Shown here: piece by piece, positions 1 to 9,561 of the stretch
Layout of the letters: each line of letters opens with the position of its first letter
Numbering within the stretch: the first letter of the stretch is position 1
Source of the DNA: an uncultured Acidobacteriota bacterium
GTDB lineage: Bacteria; Acidobacteriota; Blastocatellia; RBC074
Direction of reading: 5' to 3'
NCBI GenBank assembly: GCA_963796275.1
Contig: CAWCKY010000001.1
Coordinates: 672,001-736,000, forward strand
DNA length: 64,000 bases
Made by a program: the position numbers and the translations under genes
The notes under the pieces: model-generated
The model's database searches: none
The model's input: only the letters and a program-made list of their open reading frames with translations
What the model was told of the DNA's origin: nothing

Positions 1-1398
1 GCCGCACATCGAAATGTATATCTTGATGAGAAGGGCAATTACATCAAAGAGTCCTCGACATATGGACATCGTGCTGCCGGCGTTCCCGGCACTGTTGCGG
101 GTTTCGCTTATGCGCTGGAAAAATACGGAAAGTTGAACTGGTCTGATGTCGCTGAGCCTGCGCGCAAATTGGCTGCCCATGGTTTTCCCGTCTGGTATCA
201 ACTCGAACGCAGCCTTAAGTCTGCGAGCGAGAGTCTCTCACGGTACCCCGAGACTAAAAGGATTTTCCTGCGAGACGGTATGCCGTACGAGGCGGGCGAG
301 ATATTCAAACAGCCTGAGCTTGCCTCGGTCTTCGAACGGATGATCAAAGACGGCCCGCGCGAATTTTATCAGGGCGAAACCGCGAAACTCATCGAAGCGA
401 GCATGATGCGGGCGGGGAACGGAAAACCGTGGATGACCATCGAGGACTTGAAGAATTACAAACCGCTGGAGCGCACACCTCTACGGTCTAAATATCGTGG
501 CCATGAGATCATCACCATGCCTCCTCCATCCTCAGGCGGCGTCGCGATGATCGAGATGCTAAATATCCTGGAACATTACGACCTGAAATCGATGGGAGCG
601 GGTTCGTCTAAGGCGATTCACTTGATGGTCGAGGCTATGCGGCGGGCGTTTGCAGACCGCGCCCATTATCTGGGCGATCCCGATTTCGTCAAAGTCCCCG
701 TCGCCGGACTGACCTCCAGAAAATATGCCGATAAACTAGCTAAGAAAATCGACCTCACGCGCGCATCCGAGTCCCGCAAAATCGAACACGGCGACCCGCT
801 GCCACACGAGTCCGAAGAAACCACACATTTCACCGTGGTTGATCAGGACGGCAATGTCGTCACCAATACTTACACGATCAATGACAGCTTCGGTAATAAG
901 ATCACGGTCGAAGGAGCCGGGTTTCTGCTCAACAATGAGATGGATGATTTTGCACCGAAGCCCGGTACGCCCAATTTTTATCGCCTGATCCAGGGCGAGG
1001 CGAATGCCGTCGCCGCCAGTAAACGCCCCCTGTCCTCAATGACGCCAGCCATCGTTTTGAAGGATGATAAAGTCTGGTTTGCGGTAGGCAGCCCCGGCGG
1101 CCCGACAATTATCAATACTGTTACACAAATCATTATCAATATAGTCGATCACGGGATGAATATTCAGCAGGCAATCGATTTCCCCCGCGTCCATCACCAG
1201 TGGATGCCTGATGAAATCAGATTTGAACCCTTCGGCCTCTCTCCCGATACAATCAACAAATTGAAAGGGATAGGCCATAAATTTCAGGATAAACCACGGA
1301 ATATGGGCGATGCTCACGCAATTATGATCGAAGATAAGACGGGAATGCGCCTCGGTGCCAGTGACCCACGCCTCGATGGGCGTTCTATAGGTTATTGA
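1..1398 (+). CDS. ggt: Gamma-glutamyltransferase (5'-truncated by window edge)
   Basis: Frame open from base 1 (AAHRNVYLD..GVPGTVAG); motifs PPPSSGG, EETTHFTVVD (catalytic Thr), LNNEMDDF, RPLSSM, GSPGG. Confidence 0.95.
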   Translation, partial: AAHRNVYLDEKGNYIKESSTYGHRAAGVPGTVAGFAYALEKYGKLNWSDVAEPARKLAAHGFPVWYQLERSLKSASESLSRYPETKRIFLRDGMPYEAGEIFKQPELASVFERMIKDGPREFYQGETAKLIEASMMRAGNGKPWMTIEDLKNYKPLERTPLRSKYRGHEIITMPPPSSGGVAMIEMLNILEHYDLKSMGAGSSKAIHLMVEAMRRAFADRAHYLGDPDFVKVPVAGLTSRKYADKLAKKIDLTRASESRKIEHGDPLPHESEETTHFTVVDQDGNVVTNTYTINDSFGNKITVEGAGFLLNNEMDDFAPKPGTPNFYRLIQGEANAVAASKRPLSSMTPAIVLKDDKVWFAVGSPGGPTIINTVTQIIINIVDHGMNIQQAIDFPRVHHQWMPDEIRFEPFGLSPDTINKLKGIGHKFQDKPRNMGDAHAIMIEDKTGMRLGASDPRLDGRSIGY

Positions 1399-1571
1399 TA
1401 ACTAGGGTTTACCTTAGAACTGTGTAAAGAGAAGACAGTATAAAAAATAAACCGAATCGAAATATTGCACCGCAATAAAAATTCCCCGACTGTATCATTT
1501 CAATATAGTCAATTCTAAGTCGAAATAGGATCTATGTGATCCTGATTGGAATGGCATATATACATAGGCGA

Positions 1572-1587
1572 TGGCACAAAGGTTGCT
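1572..1587 (+). promoter_or_regulatory. Sigma54 (-24/-12) promoter
   Basis: TGGCAC-AAAGG-TTGCT matches the TGGCAC-N5-TTGCW consensus with exact spacing, 80 bp upstream of the receiver gene. Confidence 0.65.
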
Positions 1588-1666
1588 CTTTATATCGCAT
1601 CTAACTCACATTTAGTGAACTTTCAATGATCTATAGGTGAGCGGTCAAATTGGAGGTGTGGGTTAA

Positions 1667-2071
1667 ATGTTAGAGCGAAAATATAAAATATTAGTCGTTG
1701 AAGACGATCAAAATTTAAGAATCACCCTGACCGAATTATTGCGCAGGGAAGGATATGCGGTCGTATCGGCGCGCGATGGCGACGAGGGATATATGCAGGC
1801 TCTGGCACATCTACCCGATCTGATCGTGACCGATTTAAATATGCCGATACTAGATGGCGTCGAGCTGGCGAAGCTAATCCGCCGTGAAAGAGGTAAGTTA
1901 AGCGAGGTGCCTATCATGGCGCTCAGCGCTAACCTCAGTGGATACCATCTACCAGAGCGGATGAATTCGGGCATAGACAGATTTATCGACAAGTCGGTCA
2001 GCGATCGCAACACGCTGATCTCAACAGTCAAGTCAATGCTAGATGAGTCCTCGATGATTTCGATAAATTAA
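1667..2071 (+). CDS. Single-domain response regulator (receiver)
   Basis: KILVVEDD, PDLIVTDLNMPILDG (phospho-Asp), ALSA, FIDK; RBS GGAGG; no output domain. Confidence 0.92.
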   Translation: MLERKYKILVVEDDQNLRITLTELLRREGYAVVSARDGDEGYMQALAHLPDLIVTDLNMPILDGVELAKLIRRERGKLSEVPIMALSANLSGYHLPERMNSGIDRFIDKSVSDRNTLISTVKSMLDESSMISIN

Positions 2072-2160
2072 AAACACAAAAAATCACATAAAAGAGCAAG
2101 AAGGGAGAAAATGGAATTTCCTTTCTTGCTCTTTTTGTCATTTTTGCGTCCCTTTCGCTT
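2071..2160. repeat. Low-complexity inverted repeat (A-rich arm / T-rich arm)
   Basis: AAAAGAGCAAGAA (2090-2102) pairs with TTCTTGCTCTTTT; outer arms degenerate. Confidence 0.7.
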
Positions 2161-2196
2161 TCCTCTCGCAACCGGCTGTTGGAAACTATCCCAGTC

Positions 2197-2736
2197 ATGT
2201 TCAGCCTCAAAATATCAGATGATCTGGAACTTCTGCTGTTGGAAGAGCGGCATTCCGAAGATTTATTCGATTTGGTCGATAAAAATCGTTCTCCCTTACG
2301 CGAATGGCTTCCGTGGGTAGATACTAACGTCTCGGTAGGTGATACCAGGGGATTTATCAAAAATGCCCGCGATCAGTACGCGTGTAATACCGGTCTGGTC
2401 TCAGGCATCTGGTATCGAAATCGGATTATTGGAGTGATCGGCTTCAACAGCATCGACTGGCAAAATCGGATAGCGCAGATAGGATACTGGCTTGATACCG
2501 GGCAACGGGGGAATGGGTTTGTTACCAGGGCTTGCAGCGCACTTATCGATTATGCGTTCGACGAGCTCGAACTCAATCGCATAGAGATCCATTGCGCAGT
2601 GGGAAACACAAAGAGTCGCGCGATCCCGGAGAGGCTTGGATTTTCGCAGGAAGGACTTGTCCGGCAGGCCGAGTGGCTTTACGACCATTTTGTCGATCAC
2701 GCGATCTACGGAATGCTGGCGAGTGATTGGAATTGA
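2197..2736 (+). CDS. GNAT N-acetyltransferase, RimJ/RimL (YdaF-like)
   Basis: LREWLPW, AQIGYWL, RGNGFVT, LNRIEI..N.KSRAIPERLGF; ATG 2197 preferred over TTG 2179. Confidence 0.9.
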   Translation: MFSLKISDDLELLLLEERHSEDLFDLVDKNRSPLREWLPWVDTNVSVGDTRGFIKNARDQYACNTGLVSGIWYRNRIIGVIGFNSIDWQNRIAQIGYWLDTGQRGNGFVTRACSALIDYAFDELELNRIEIHCAVGNTKSRAIPERLGFSQEGLVRQAEWLYDHFVDHAIYGMLASDWN

Positions 2737-2797
2737 GCCTTGGGAAATATGTGATCTGACACTCCCGAAAAATACTCAGAAATAGTTTAGAAATGAT

Positions 2798-4117
2798 ATG
2801 TCTACGACCTCAATCCTGCGAACTACTGCTGAACAGATATTTCACCGTACGCTTGCTGCGATCGACGTTGAGCGAGTTATGCTCGGGCAGATCCGGTTAT
2901 CCGGAGACCGGCTCACGGTCGCTGGCGAGGAATGCGACCTGGCGGGATTCACATCTATTCTCGTGATTGCGGTCGGCAAAGCCAGCCTTCCGATGGCGCG
3001 AGCAGTAGAAGCGGTACTGGGAGACCGAATCACCGGAGGTCTGGTGGTCACAAACGCCATCATCGGCAAACCGCCGGATCGCCTGAGCGTCCGGTTAGGC
3101 GGCCATCCTTTACCTGACCCGGGAAGCGTCGAAGCCGCAAAGACGGCGCTCAACCTGCTGCGCGATGCCGACAGCGCGAATACGCTCGTTCTATTTCTGA
3201 TCTCCGGCGGCGGATCCGCGCTTTTCGAAGCACCCATAGATGAACAGATCACGCTCGCGGATATGCAGGCGATCAATCGTGTTCTGGTGGGCTGCGGAGC
3301 AGTGATCGGGGAGGTGAACGTCGCGCGCCGTTTTTTATCGGCAGTCAAAGGTGGCCGGCTTGCTGAGGCTGCCCCGCGCTCGCGTCAGATTTCACTCTAT
3401 ATCTCGGATGTTAATAGCGACGACCTATCGACCGTATCTTCCGGACCGGCAATGCCGAGCACGGTTACAAGGGCCGATTTCGCGCGCATCGTCGCTCGCT
3501 ACGATTTACGGAATAAGTTTCCGGCACGGATAGCACAATTGATCGATTCGCTGCCCGACCTCCCGCGATCCGGAGCGATCGAGCTCCGTTCGCACCATCT
3601 CCTGCTGGACAATGCGAAAGCCTTGCTCGCGGCGAAAACTATAGCCGAGCGCGATTTCGGATGCCTGACTGAGGTTGCGGCAGACCTGGTCGAGAGCGAT
3701 GTGGCGCAGATGGCAGCCTCACACCTCGAGCGTCTCAATTCATTGCGCGCGACGCATAAAGAAAAGACCGTTTGTCTGATCTCAGGAGGTGAAGCCATTT
3801 GCCCGGTGCGCGGCGACGGGCAGGGGGGAAGAAACCAGGAATTTGTCCTGCGAGCAGCGATGGCCCTCGCAAGCGCAAGAATGAGTGAGATCGTCGTTCT
3901 CAGCGCGGGCACCGATGGCATCGATGGCAACAGCCCGGCTGCCGGAGCGATTGCCGATGTGCTCTCAATCGCTCGCGCGCGTGCGCTGAATCTTTCTCCA
4001 GAAGACCATTTGTACCGGAGCGATTCATATAAATTTTTCGATGCTCTGGGGGATGCGATCACCACGGGCCCGACCGGGAACAATGTACGCGATTTAAGAA
4101 TTTTGCTTGCACGCTAA
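2798..4117 (+). CDS. Glycerate 2-kinase family (DUF4147/MOFRL)
   Basis: GKA, GHP, LISGGGSAL, VKGGRLA, SGP, GGE, GGRNQE, GTDGIDG, TGPTGNNVRD motifs. Confidence 0.9.
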   Translation: MSTTSILRTTAEQIFHRTLAAIDVERVMLGQIRLSGDRLTVAGEECDLAGFTSILVIAVGKASLPMARAVEAVLGDRITGGLVVTNAIIGKPPDRLSVRLGGHPLPDPGSVEAAKTALNLLRDADSANTLVLFLISGGGSALFEAPIDEQITLADMQAINRVLVGCGAVIGEVNVARRFLSAVKGGRLAEAAPRSRQISLYISDVNSDDLSTVSSGPAMPSTVTRADFARIVARYDLRNKFPARIAQLIDSLPDLPRSGAIELRSHHLLLDNAKALLAAKTIAERDFGCLTEVAADLVESDVAQMAASHLERLNSLRATHKEKTVCLISGGEAICPVRGDGQGGRNQEFVLRAAMALASARMSEIVVLSAGTDGIDGNSPAAGAIADVLSIARARALNLSPEDHLYRSDSYKFFDALGDAITTGPTGNNVRDLRILLAR

Positions 4118-4182
4118 CTAACGTGTAGAATGTCGGCCGCTCCATCAGATTCCAAGATTAATCGGATCCACTGGTACAACTA
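4103..4182 (+). promoter_or_regulatory. Sigma70-type promoter with downstream FadR-like box
   Basis: TTGCTT(4103)-17-TAGAAT(4126); TGGTacaACTA at 4172-4182. Confidence 0.45.
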
Positions 4183-4241
4183 ATAATTATGGACGAGCCG
4201 CGAAGTCGAAACTACGGCCTCCCACAAAATAATTGACGAAA

Positions 4242-5660
4242 ATGGCACAACCGATAAGTAAGCAAACAATCGACGATCCTGTTCTATCGGGAAAGAGCGC
4301 TGGAGAGAAAGACCCATACAGGCTTGACCCGGATGATATTGTTGACCCTCCGCGGACGATGGTCAGTTCGCTTAAGCGGATAGGGCCCGGGATGATTCTC
4401 GCCGCATCGATTGTTGGTTCGGGCGAGCTAATCGCCACGACCACGCTCGGCGCGCAGGTAGGCTACACGGCCCTCTGGGTGATCGTGCTGAGCTGTCTAG
4501 TCAAGCCTGTAGTTCAGGCCGAGATGGGGCGTTACATTATAGCGAGCGGAGAGACGGGGCTGGCGAGCTTTAACCGTGTGCCGGGCCCCCGCCTGAAGGT
4601 CAATTGGGTCGTCTGGGCGTGGGCCGCGATGACGTTACTCACGCTTCTCCAGGTCGGCGCGATGTTCGGCGGAGTGGCGCAGGTGATGAATCTGGTGGTG
4701 CCGGCTGTCCCGGTCAATATCTGGGTGCTGATCTTTCTCGGCATCACGCTGGCGCTGCTGCTCGGGGGCGGGTACGAGCGGATCGAGCGGCTGGCTATGA
4801 TCAAGGTAGGATTGTTCACCATGCTCACGTTCCTGGCCGCGCTGCTGCTTATACGGATGCCGGAGTACTTTTCGTGGGCTGAAATTTGGAATGGCTTCAA
4901 ATTCAATATGCCGGGGGCCGGATTCTCGACTGCCGTCGCCGTCTTCGGCATCACGGGGGTGGGGGCCAGCGAATTATTTATGTATCCCTATTGGTGCGTT
5001 GAAAAAGGCTACGCGCGTTTCACCGGGTCCCGGGATGATTCGGAACAGTGGCATGGGCGCGCGCGCGGGTGGATCCGCGTAATGCACCTGGACATCATCG
5101 TATCGATGATGATTTACACCATCGCCACGGTCGCCTTTTATTTGCTGGGAGCCGGCATTCTTCACGGAATGGGTAAAGTCCCCGCTGCGAATGATATGAT
5201 CCCGGTTCTATCGAATATCTATACGCAAACTCTTGGTGAGTGGTCGCTCTGGCTATTTTACGCGGGCGCCATTTTCACGCTCTACGGCACCATCTTCGCC
5301 GCAACCGCAGCTCATTCGCGCCTCTACGCGGATATGTTGCGTCTGATGGGCGCTTTTAAAACGGACGATTACGCGCAGCGATTGCGGTATCGCAATATAT
5401 TTATAGTTTTGCTTACCGTGATACCGGTAACTTTATATTTCCTGGTGCAATCGCCGGTGAAGATGGTAGTGGCGGGAGGGTTGGCGCAGGCGATGATGTT
5501 GCCGATAATCGGTCTCAGCACTCTTTACATGCGCCATCGATATCTGCCGAAATCTATCAAGCCTTCAACTTGGGTGACCATCTGGCTCTGGGTCGCCACC
5601 GCAGTGATAGTCGGGTTAATGGCATATTACCTGAAGGAACAATTAATGAAATTGACATGA
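4242..5660 (+). CDS. Nramp-superfamily (YcsG-like) transporter
   Basis: GPGMILAASIVGSGELI motif and many hydrophobic segments; lacks the DPGN motif of MntH; alternative TTG start at 4233. Confidence 0.8.
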   Translation: MAQPISKQTIDDPVLSGKSAGEKDPYRLDPDDIVDPPRTMVSSLKRIGPGMILAASIVGSGELIATTTLGAQVGYTALWVIVLSCLVKPVVQAEMGRYIIASGETGLASFNRVPGPRLKVNWVVWAWAAMTLLTLLQVGAMFGGVAQVMNLVVPAVPVNIWVLIFLGITLALLLGGGYERIERLAMIKVGLFTMLTFLAALLLIRMPEYFSWAEIWNGFKFNMPGAGFSTAVAVFGITGVGASELFMYPYWCVEKGYARFTGSRDDSEQWHGRARGWIRVMHLDIIVSMMIYTIATVAFYLLGAGILHGMGKVPAANDMIPVLSNIYTQTLGEWSLWLFYAGAIFTLYGTIFAATAAHSRLYADMLRLMGAFKTDDYAQRLRYRNIFIVLLTVIPVTLYFLVQSPVKMVVAGGLAQAMMLPIIGLSTLYMRHRYLPKSIKPSTWVTIWLWVATAVIVGLMAYYLKEQLMKLT

Positions 5661-5695
5661 AGTTATTATGCAATTATAGTCCAAAGGTTATACCA
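5652..5695 (+). promoter_or_regulatory. Sigma70 promoter with overlapping FadR-type autoregulatory operator
   Basis: TTGACA(5652)-17-TATAGT(5675); AGGTtatACCA at 5685-5695. Confidence 0.65.
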
Positions 5696-5762
5696 AGTTA
5701 CGAGAGTGCGTATACCCGGGACGCCCTTAATCGACCGACCACCTCCGAACTAGACAGGAGGG

Positions 5763-6548
5763 ATGATGGCAAACTATAGCCCAAATCACTTCGGCTCGAG
5801 CATGACGCCAATAGATCGAGCCGGAATCACCGAACTGGTTGTCGAACGCATCAAAGACCTTCTCGCCCGCGGCGAGTTGAAGGCCGGAAGCCGACTTCCG
5901 CCGGAACGAGAGCTGGCTGATATGCTCAGCATCAGCCGTCCTTCGCTACGTACCGCTCTCAAAGCTCTCTCGGTGATGGGCATTATCCATGCCAAACCGG
6001 GCGCCGGAACATACATAGCCGACTCATTGCCCGAGATATTTACCGAGCCGATGCAGTTCATGACGCTCATCAACAACACGAGCATTGAGGAACTGTTCGA
6101 AGCGCGGCGCATCATCGAGGCAGGGCTCGCGGAACTCGCCGCCGAACGCGCTACTGCTGATGACGTTCAGCTATTGAGCAATGAACTCGAGGGCATGCGC
6201 ACGACGATCGACGACCCCGAGAATTTCCTCAAGCACGACGTCCGCTTTCACCAGGCGATGGCGCACATTGCCAATAACAAACTGATGAGTTGTGTCATGG
6301 ATACCATAGCGCAACTGCTCTTTCACATCCGCCGTCAGACGATAGCCAACGCCAGCGATCTGGATGAGGCCATTGATTGGCATCAGAAGATCATCGAAGC
6401 GATCCGTAAACACGACCCGAAGCGCGCCAAAGATATGCTCTCCGGCCATCTGCGCGCAGCACGAGATGCCTGGGTGCGGGATACCAAGGGGGAGGTCGGA
6501 GGGCGAAAGTCTGTAACTGACGCGATCCCAGCCAGACGTCGGAAATAA
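5763..6548 (+). CDS. GntR family, FadR-subfamily transcriptional regulator
   Basis: wHTH GSRLPPERELADMLSISRPSLRTAL..PGAGTY; FCD domain ELFEARRIIE, DVRFH, HQKIIEAI. Confidence 0.93.
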   Translation: MMANYSPNHFGSSMTPIDRAGITELVVERIKDLLARGELKAGSRLPPERELADMLSISRPSLRTALKALSVMGIIHAKPGAGTYIADSLPEIFTEPMQFMTLINNTSIEELFEARRIIEAGLAELAAERATADDVQLLSNELEGMRTTIDDPENFLKHDVRFHQAMAHIANNKLMSCVMDTIAQLLFHIRRQTIANASDLDEAIDWHQKIIEAIRKHDPKRAKDMLSGHLRAARDAWVRDTKGEVGGRKSVTDAIPARRRK

Positions 6549-6555
6549 GAGCCCA

Positions 6556-6757
6556 AACACATTTAACATTGAACATTTTAAATTTAACATTTGTCATTGT
6601 AAGAAATTGGATAAACAGGTTCTTTCCACAATGTAAATAGTTTTAGTTTTCAGTTTTGCTTCGGAAGACTATTGGTATTTCGGTCGACTGAAATACTGAA
6701 CAGTTACAAATGTAAAATATAAAATATAAAATATAAAATATAAAATGTTCAATGTTT
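6556..6757. repeat. Nested inverted repeat with 7-bp periodic arms and (AAAATAT)4 tract between convergent genes
   Basis: AACATTGAACATTTTA (6565-6580) / TAAAATGTTCAATGTT (6741-6756); AAAATAT x4 at 6714-6741. Confidence 0.75.
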
Positions 6758-6765
6758 AAGGCCTT

Positions 6766-9405
6766 TTACGCATCCATCCAGTTATCGCCGGCGCCGACTT
6801 CGACAACCATCGGCACATCGATTTTTGCGGCGGTCTCCATAATATGCTTCACGATTTCCGTTGTTTGCTTGATCTCTTTCTCCGGCACTTCGAATACGAG
6901 CTCGTCGTGTACTTGCAGGATCATGCGCGCTCTCAGCTTCTCGCGTCGCAGTGATTCGGCGACGCGCAGCATCGCTAGTTTCACAATATCCGATACTGAT
7001 CCCTGCATGGGCAGGTTAATCGCCTCTCGTTCGGCGCGCGCCTGCGCGGTGCCCCTGCTCTTCAGATCCGGCAGACGGCGGAGGCGGCCATAGATCGAAC
7101 GGATGATGCAGTTGTTTTGGCGAGCGAGCTCGGGAAGCTCATCCATATACTTCTTCACACCGGTGTAAGTCCGATAGTATCCGTCGATCACCTTCTTGGC
7201 TTCGCTCCGAGAGATACCGACGCGCTGCGCCAGTCCGAAAGGGCCGATGACATAAGCGATCCCGAAGTTGACGATCTTGGCCAGCCTCCGTGCCTCTTTC
7301 ATCTCCGCATCCGTCTTCGCCCCGAAGATTTCGCGCGCGGTGCGGGAGTGAATGTCTTCGCCTTTGCCGAATGTCTCGACCATCACCGGATCTTTGGTGA
7401 TGTGAGCCAACATCCGCAATTCGATCTGCGAATAGTCGGCTGAGAGCAATACGTGACCTTCGGCCGGGATGAAAGCCCGCCGTATGCGTTGGCCCGTTTC
7501 CGTTCGGATAGGGATATTCTGAAGATTGGGATCTATCGATTGCACTCGACCGGTCGCCGTCGCAGTCTGGCGCAGCGTCGTGTGTATCCGCCCGTCTCCA
7601 GGGTCGATCAGCGAAGGTAGCGTGTCGACATACGTCCCTTTGAGCTTCGATAATTCTCGATGTTCGATGATCAGCCGCGGAAGCTCATACTTCCCGGCCA
7701 GTTCTTCCAGGATGTCGCGGCTTGTCGAAATTTTTCCGGTCGTCGTGCGCCGCGAAACTTCAAAATTCAGTTCTTCAAAAATTTCGCCGAGCTGTGATGT
7801 TGAGGCGATGTTGAACTCGCGGCCGGCGAGTTCGTGAATTTTCCCGGTGAGCTTCTCGAGCTCATGCTCCATCTCCACCGAAAGATCGGCAAGCACCTGC
7901 GGGTCGATGCGAAATCCCGTGCGCTCCATCTCATAGAGGAGCGGAATGAGAGGCATTTCGATCTTATGATAGAGGAAATCGAGTTTCTCCTGCTGAAAAT
8001 CGAACTGTAGGCTGTCTTCCCCGAACTTTGTGCTTAGGACATCGGCCAGTTGTTGAGACAGGTCAGCAGCCTGTGCCGCTTTATTTTCTTCATCCGGATC
8101 GATTTTTCCGCTCAGAAACTCGTGCGCGAGCGAGGGCAGGTCGTACCTCGAGCGCTCCGGTTCGATCAGGTAGGCCTGAATCATGGCGTCGTCGCTGACA
8201 TTTTCAAGAGAGATGCCATCAGCCCTCAGCAAGTGGTATGCGCGTTTGAGATAGTAAGTTGATTTTTCGATCAAACCGTTGTCGAAGACTTCTTTGAGCA
8301 GGCGCACGGCTTCGCTGCGATCGTCACAACTCGCCAGGTCGAAGAAGTCGGCGGAATTTGGAGCAGTGGAAAATGCCACGCCGGTCAGTTCGCCGGATGC
8401 CCCTTCCGCCAGCGCGAATCCGAAACGATCGCGATCGAAGAGCGAATCGACCAGCTTGCGCAGCTCTTCGGTCTTCACGCACCGTCTGTAATCGGTCTTT
8501 TCAGCCTTCTCCCTGGCAGGGCCTTTTTCTTTGGTGGCGCCATCGGCGAACTCGCGTGTCAGTTGCGCGAATTCGAGCTCGGAGAACAATTCATAGGCCA
8601 GTCTCAGGTCGGGCTCTTCGAGGATCAAAGAATCCAGATTCAATTGGACCGCTACATCGACATCGATACGCGCCAGTTCACGCGAGACCCGAATCTGTTC
8701 CGCGTTATCCCGCAGCGATTCACGATAAGTTTTCCTTTTGACTTTTTCCCAACCCTCCAAAGCGCCTTCTACCGACCCGAACTCTTCTAGCAGTTGCACG
8801 GCGCCTTTCTCGCCTATGCCGGGCGCGCCCGGTATGCCGTCGACCGCATCGCCCATCAGTCCGATCCAGTCGATTATTTGATCGGGCCTCACGCCGTATT
8901 TCTCCTTGACCCCCGCTTCGCCCAACATTACCTCACCGGTTTTGTCGACGCGCAATATCTGGATGGCCGGGTCGACCACTAACTGCGCCAGATCTTTATC
9001 GCTGGTGACGATAACCGTCTGTAATCCATTTTCACGGGCCTGCCGCGCGAGCGTGCCCATGATGTCATCGGCTTCGTACCGCGCCAGCTTGATCACCGGC
9101 ACGCGCAACGCATCACACACGCGTTCGATGTAAGGCACTTGCACCTGTAGATCTTCAGGCATGTCGGGGCGGTGGGCTTTGTAATCTTGGTACTGTTCCT
9201 GGCGGACGGTCCTCTCTTTTGAATCCAGCACGACACCGAGGTAATCCGGCTTGTGGTCTTTAATAAGCTTCCGCAGAGTTATGGTGAAGCCGTATATGGA
9301 ATTGGTCGGCAATCCCTTTGAATTCGAGAGACCGCGAATCGCGAAGTACGAACGGAAGATGTTCGACATTCCGTCAACCAGGAAGAGGCGTTTTTTGTTC
9401 GGCAT
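6766..9405 (-). CDS. polA: DNA polymerase I
   Basis: 5'-3' exonuclease (LVDG, YEADD, SDKD, GIPGAPGIGEK); polymerase motifs PNLQNIP, ADYSQIELR, R..AKIVNFG, LQVHDEL. Confidence 0.97.
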   Translation of the reverse strand: MPNKKRLFLVDGMSNIFRSYFAIRGLSNSKGLPTNSIYGFTITLRKLIKDHKPDYLGVVLDSKERTVRQEQYQDYKAHRPDMPEDLQVQVPYIERVCDALRVPVIKLARYEADDIMGTLARQARENGLQTVIVTSDKDLAQLVVDPAIQILRVDKTGEVMLGEAGVKEKYGVRPDQIIDWIGLMGDAVDGIPGAPGIGEKGAVQLLEEFGSVEGALEGWEKVKRKTYRESLRDNAEQIRVSRELARIDVDVAVQLNLDSLILEEPDLRLAYELFSELEFAQLTREFADGATKEKGPAREKAEKTDYRRCVKTEELRKLVDSLFDRDRFGFALAEGASGELTGVAFSTAPNSADFFDLASCDDRSEAVRLLKEVFDNGLIEKSTYYLKRAYHLLRADGISLENVSDDAMIQAYLIEPERSRYDLPSLAHEFLSGKIDPDEENKAAQAADLSQQLADVLSTKFGEDSLQFDFQQEKLDFLYHKIEMPLIPLLYEMERTGFRIDPQVLADLSVEMEHELEKLTGKIHELAGREFNIASTSQLGEIFEELNFEVSRRTTTGKISTSRDILEELAGKYELPRLIIEHRELSKLKGTYVDTLPSLIDPGDGRIHTTLRQTATATGRVQSIDPNLQNIPIRTETGQRIRRAFIPAEGHVLLSADYSQIELRMLAHITKDPVMVETFGKGEDIHSRTAREIFGAKTDAEMKEARRLAKIVNFGIAYVIGPFGLAQRVGISRSEAKKVIDGYYRTYTGVKKYMDELPELARQNNCIIRSIYGRLRRLPDLKSRGTAQARAEREAINLPMQGSVSDIVKLAMLRVAESLRREKLRARMILQVHDELVFEVPEKEIKQTTEIVKHIMETAAKIDVPMVVEVGAGDNWMDA

Positions 9406-9454
9406 GAGTATAGATTATCGGACCAGCGAGGCGAGGCCGCAACCGAAGCGGCGG

Positions 9455-9544
9455 GAGAGATTCACCAGAAAATGAGAATAAACGGGAACAAGCGAGGAGC
9501 CGCGCCTTTACCAATTATTCATGAAATTTTTTGGTGAATCTCTC
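9455..9544. repeat. Inverted repeat element with TTCACCA/TGGTGAA ends
   Basis: GAGAGATTCACCA / TGGTGAATCTCTC perfect 13-bp pair. Confidence 0.7.
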
Positions 9545-9561
9545 GCACTACACTTATCGCT

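Noticed and set aside
2111-2320. 69-aa ORF with hydrophobic N-terminus
   Set aside because: Produced by the T-rich repeat arm and overlaps the GNAT gene out of frame.
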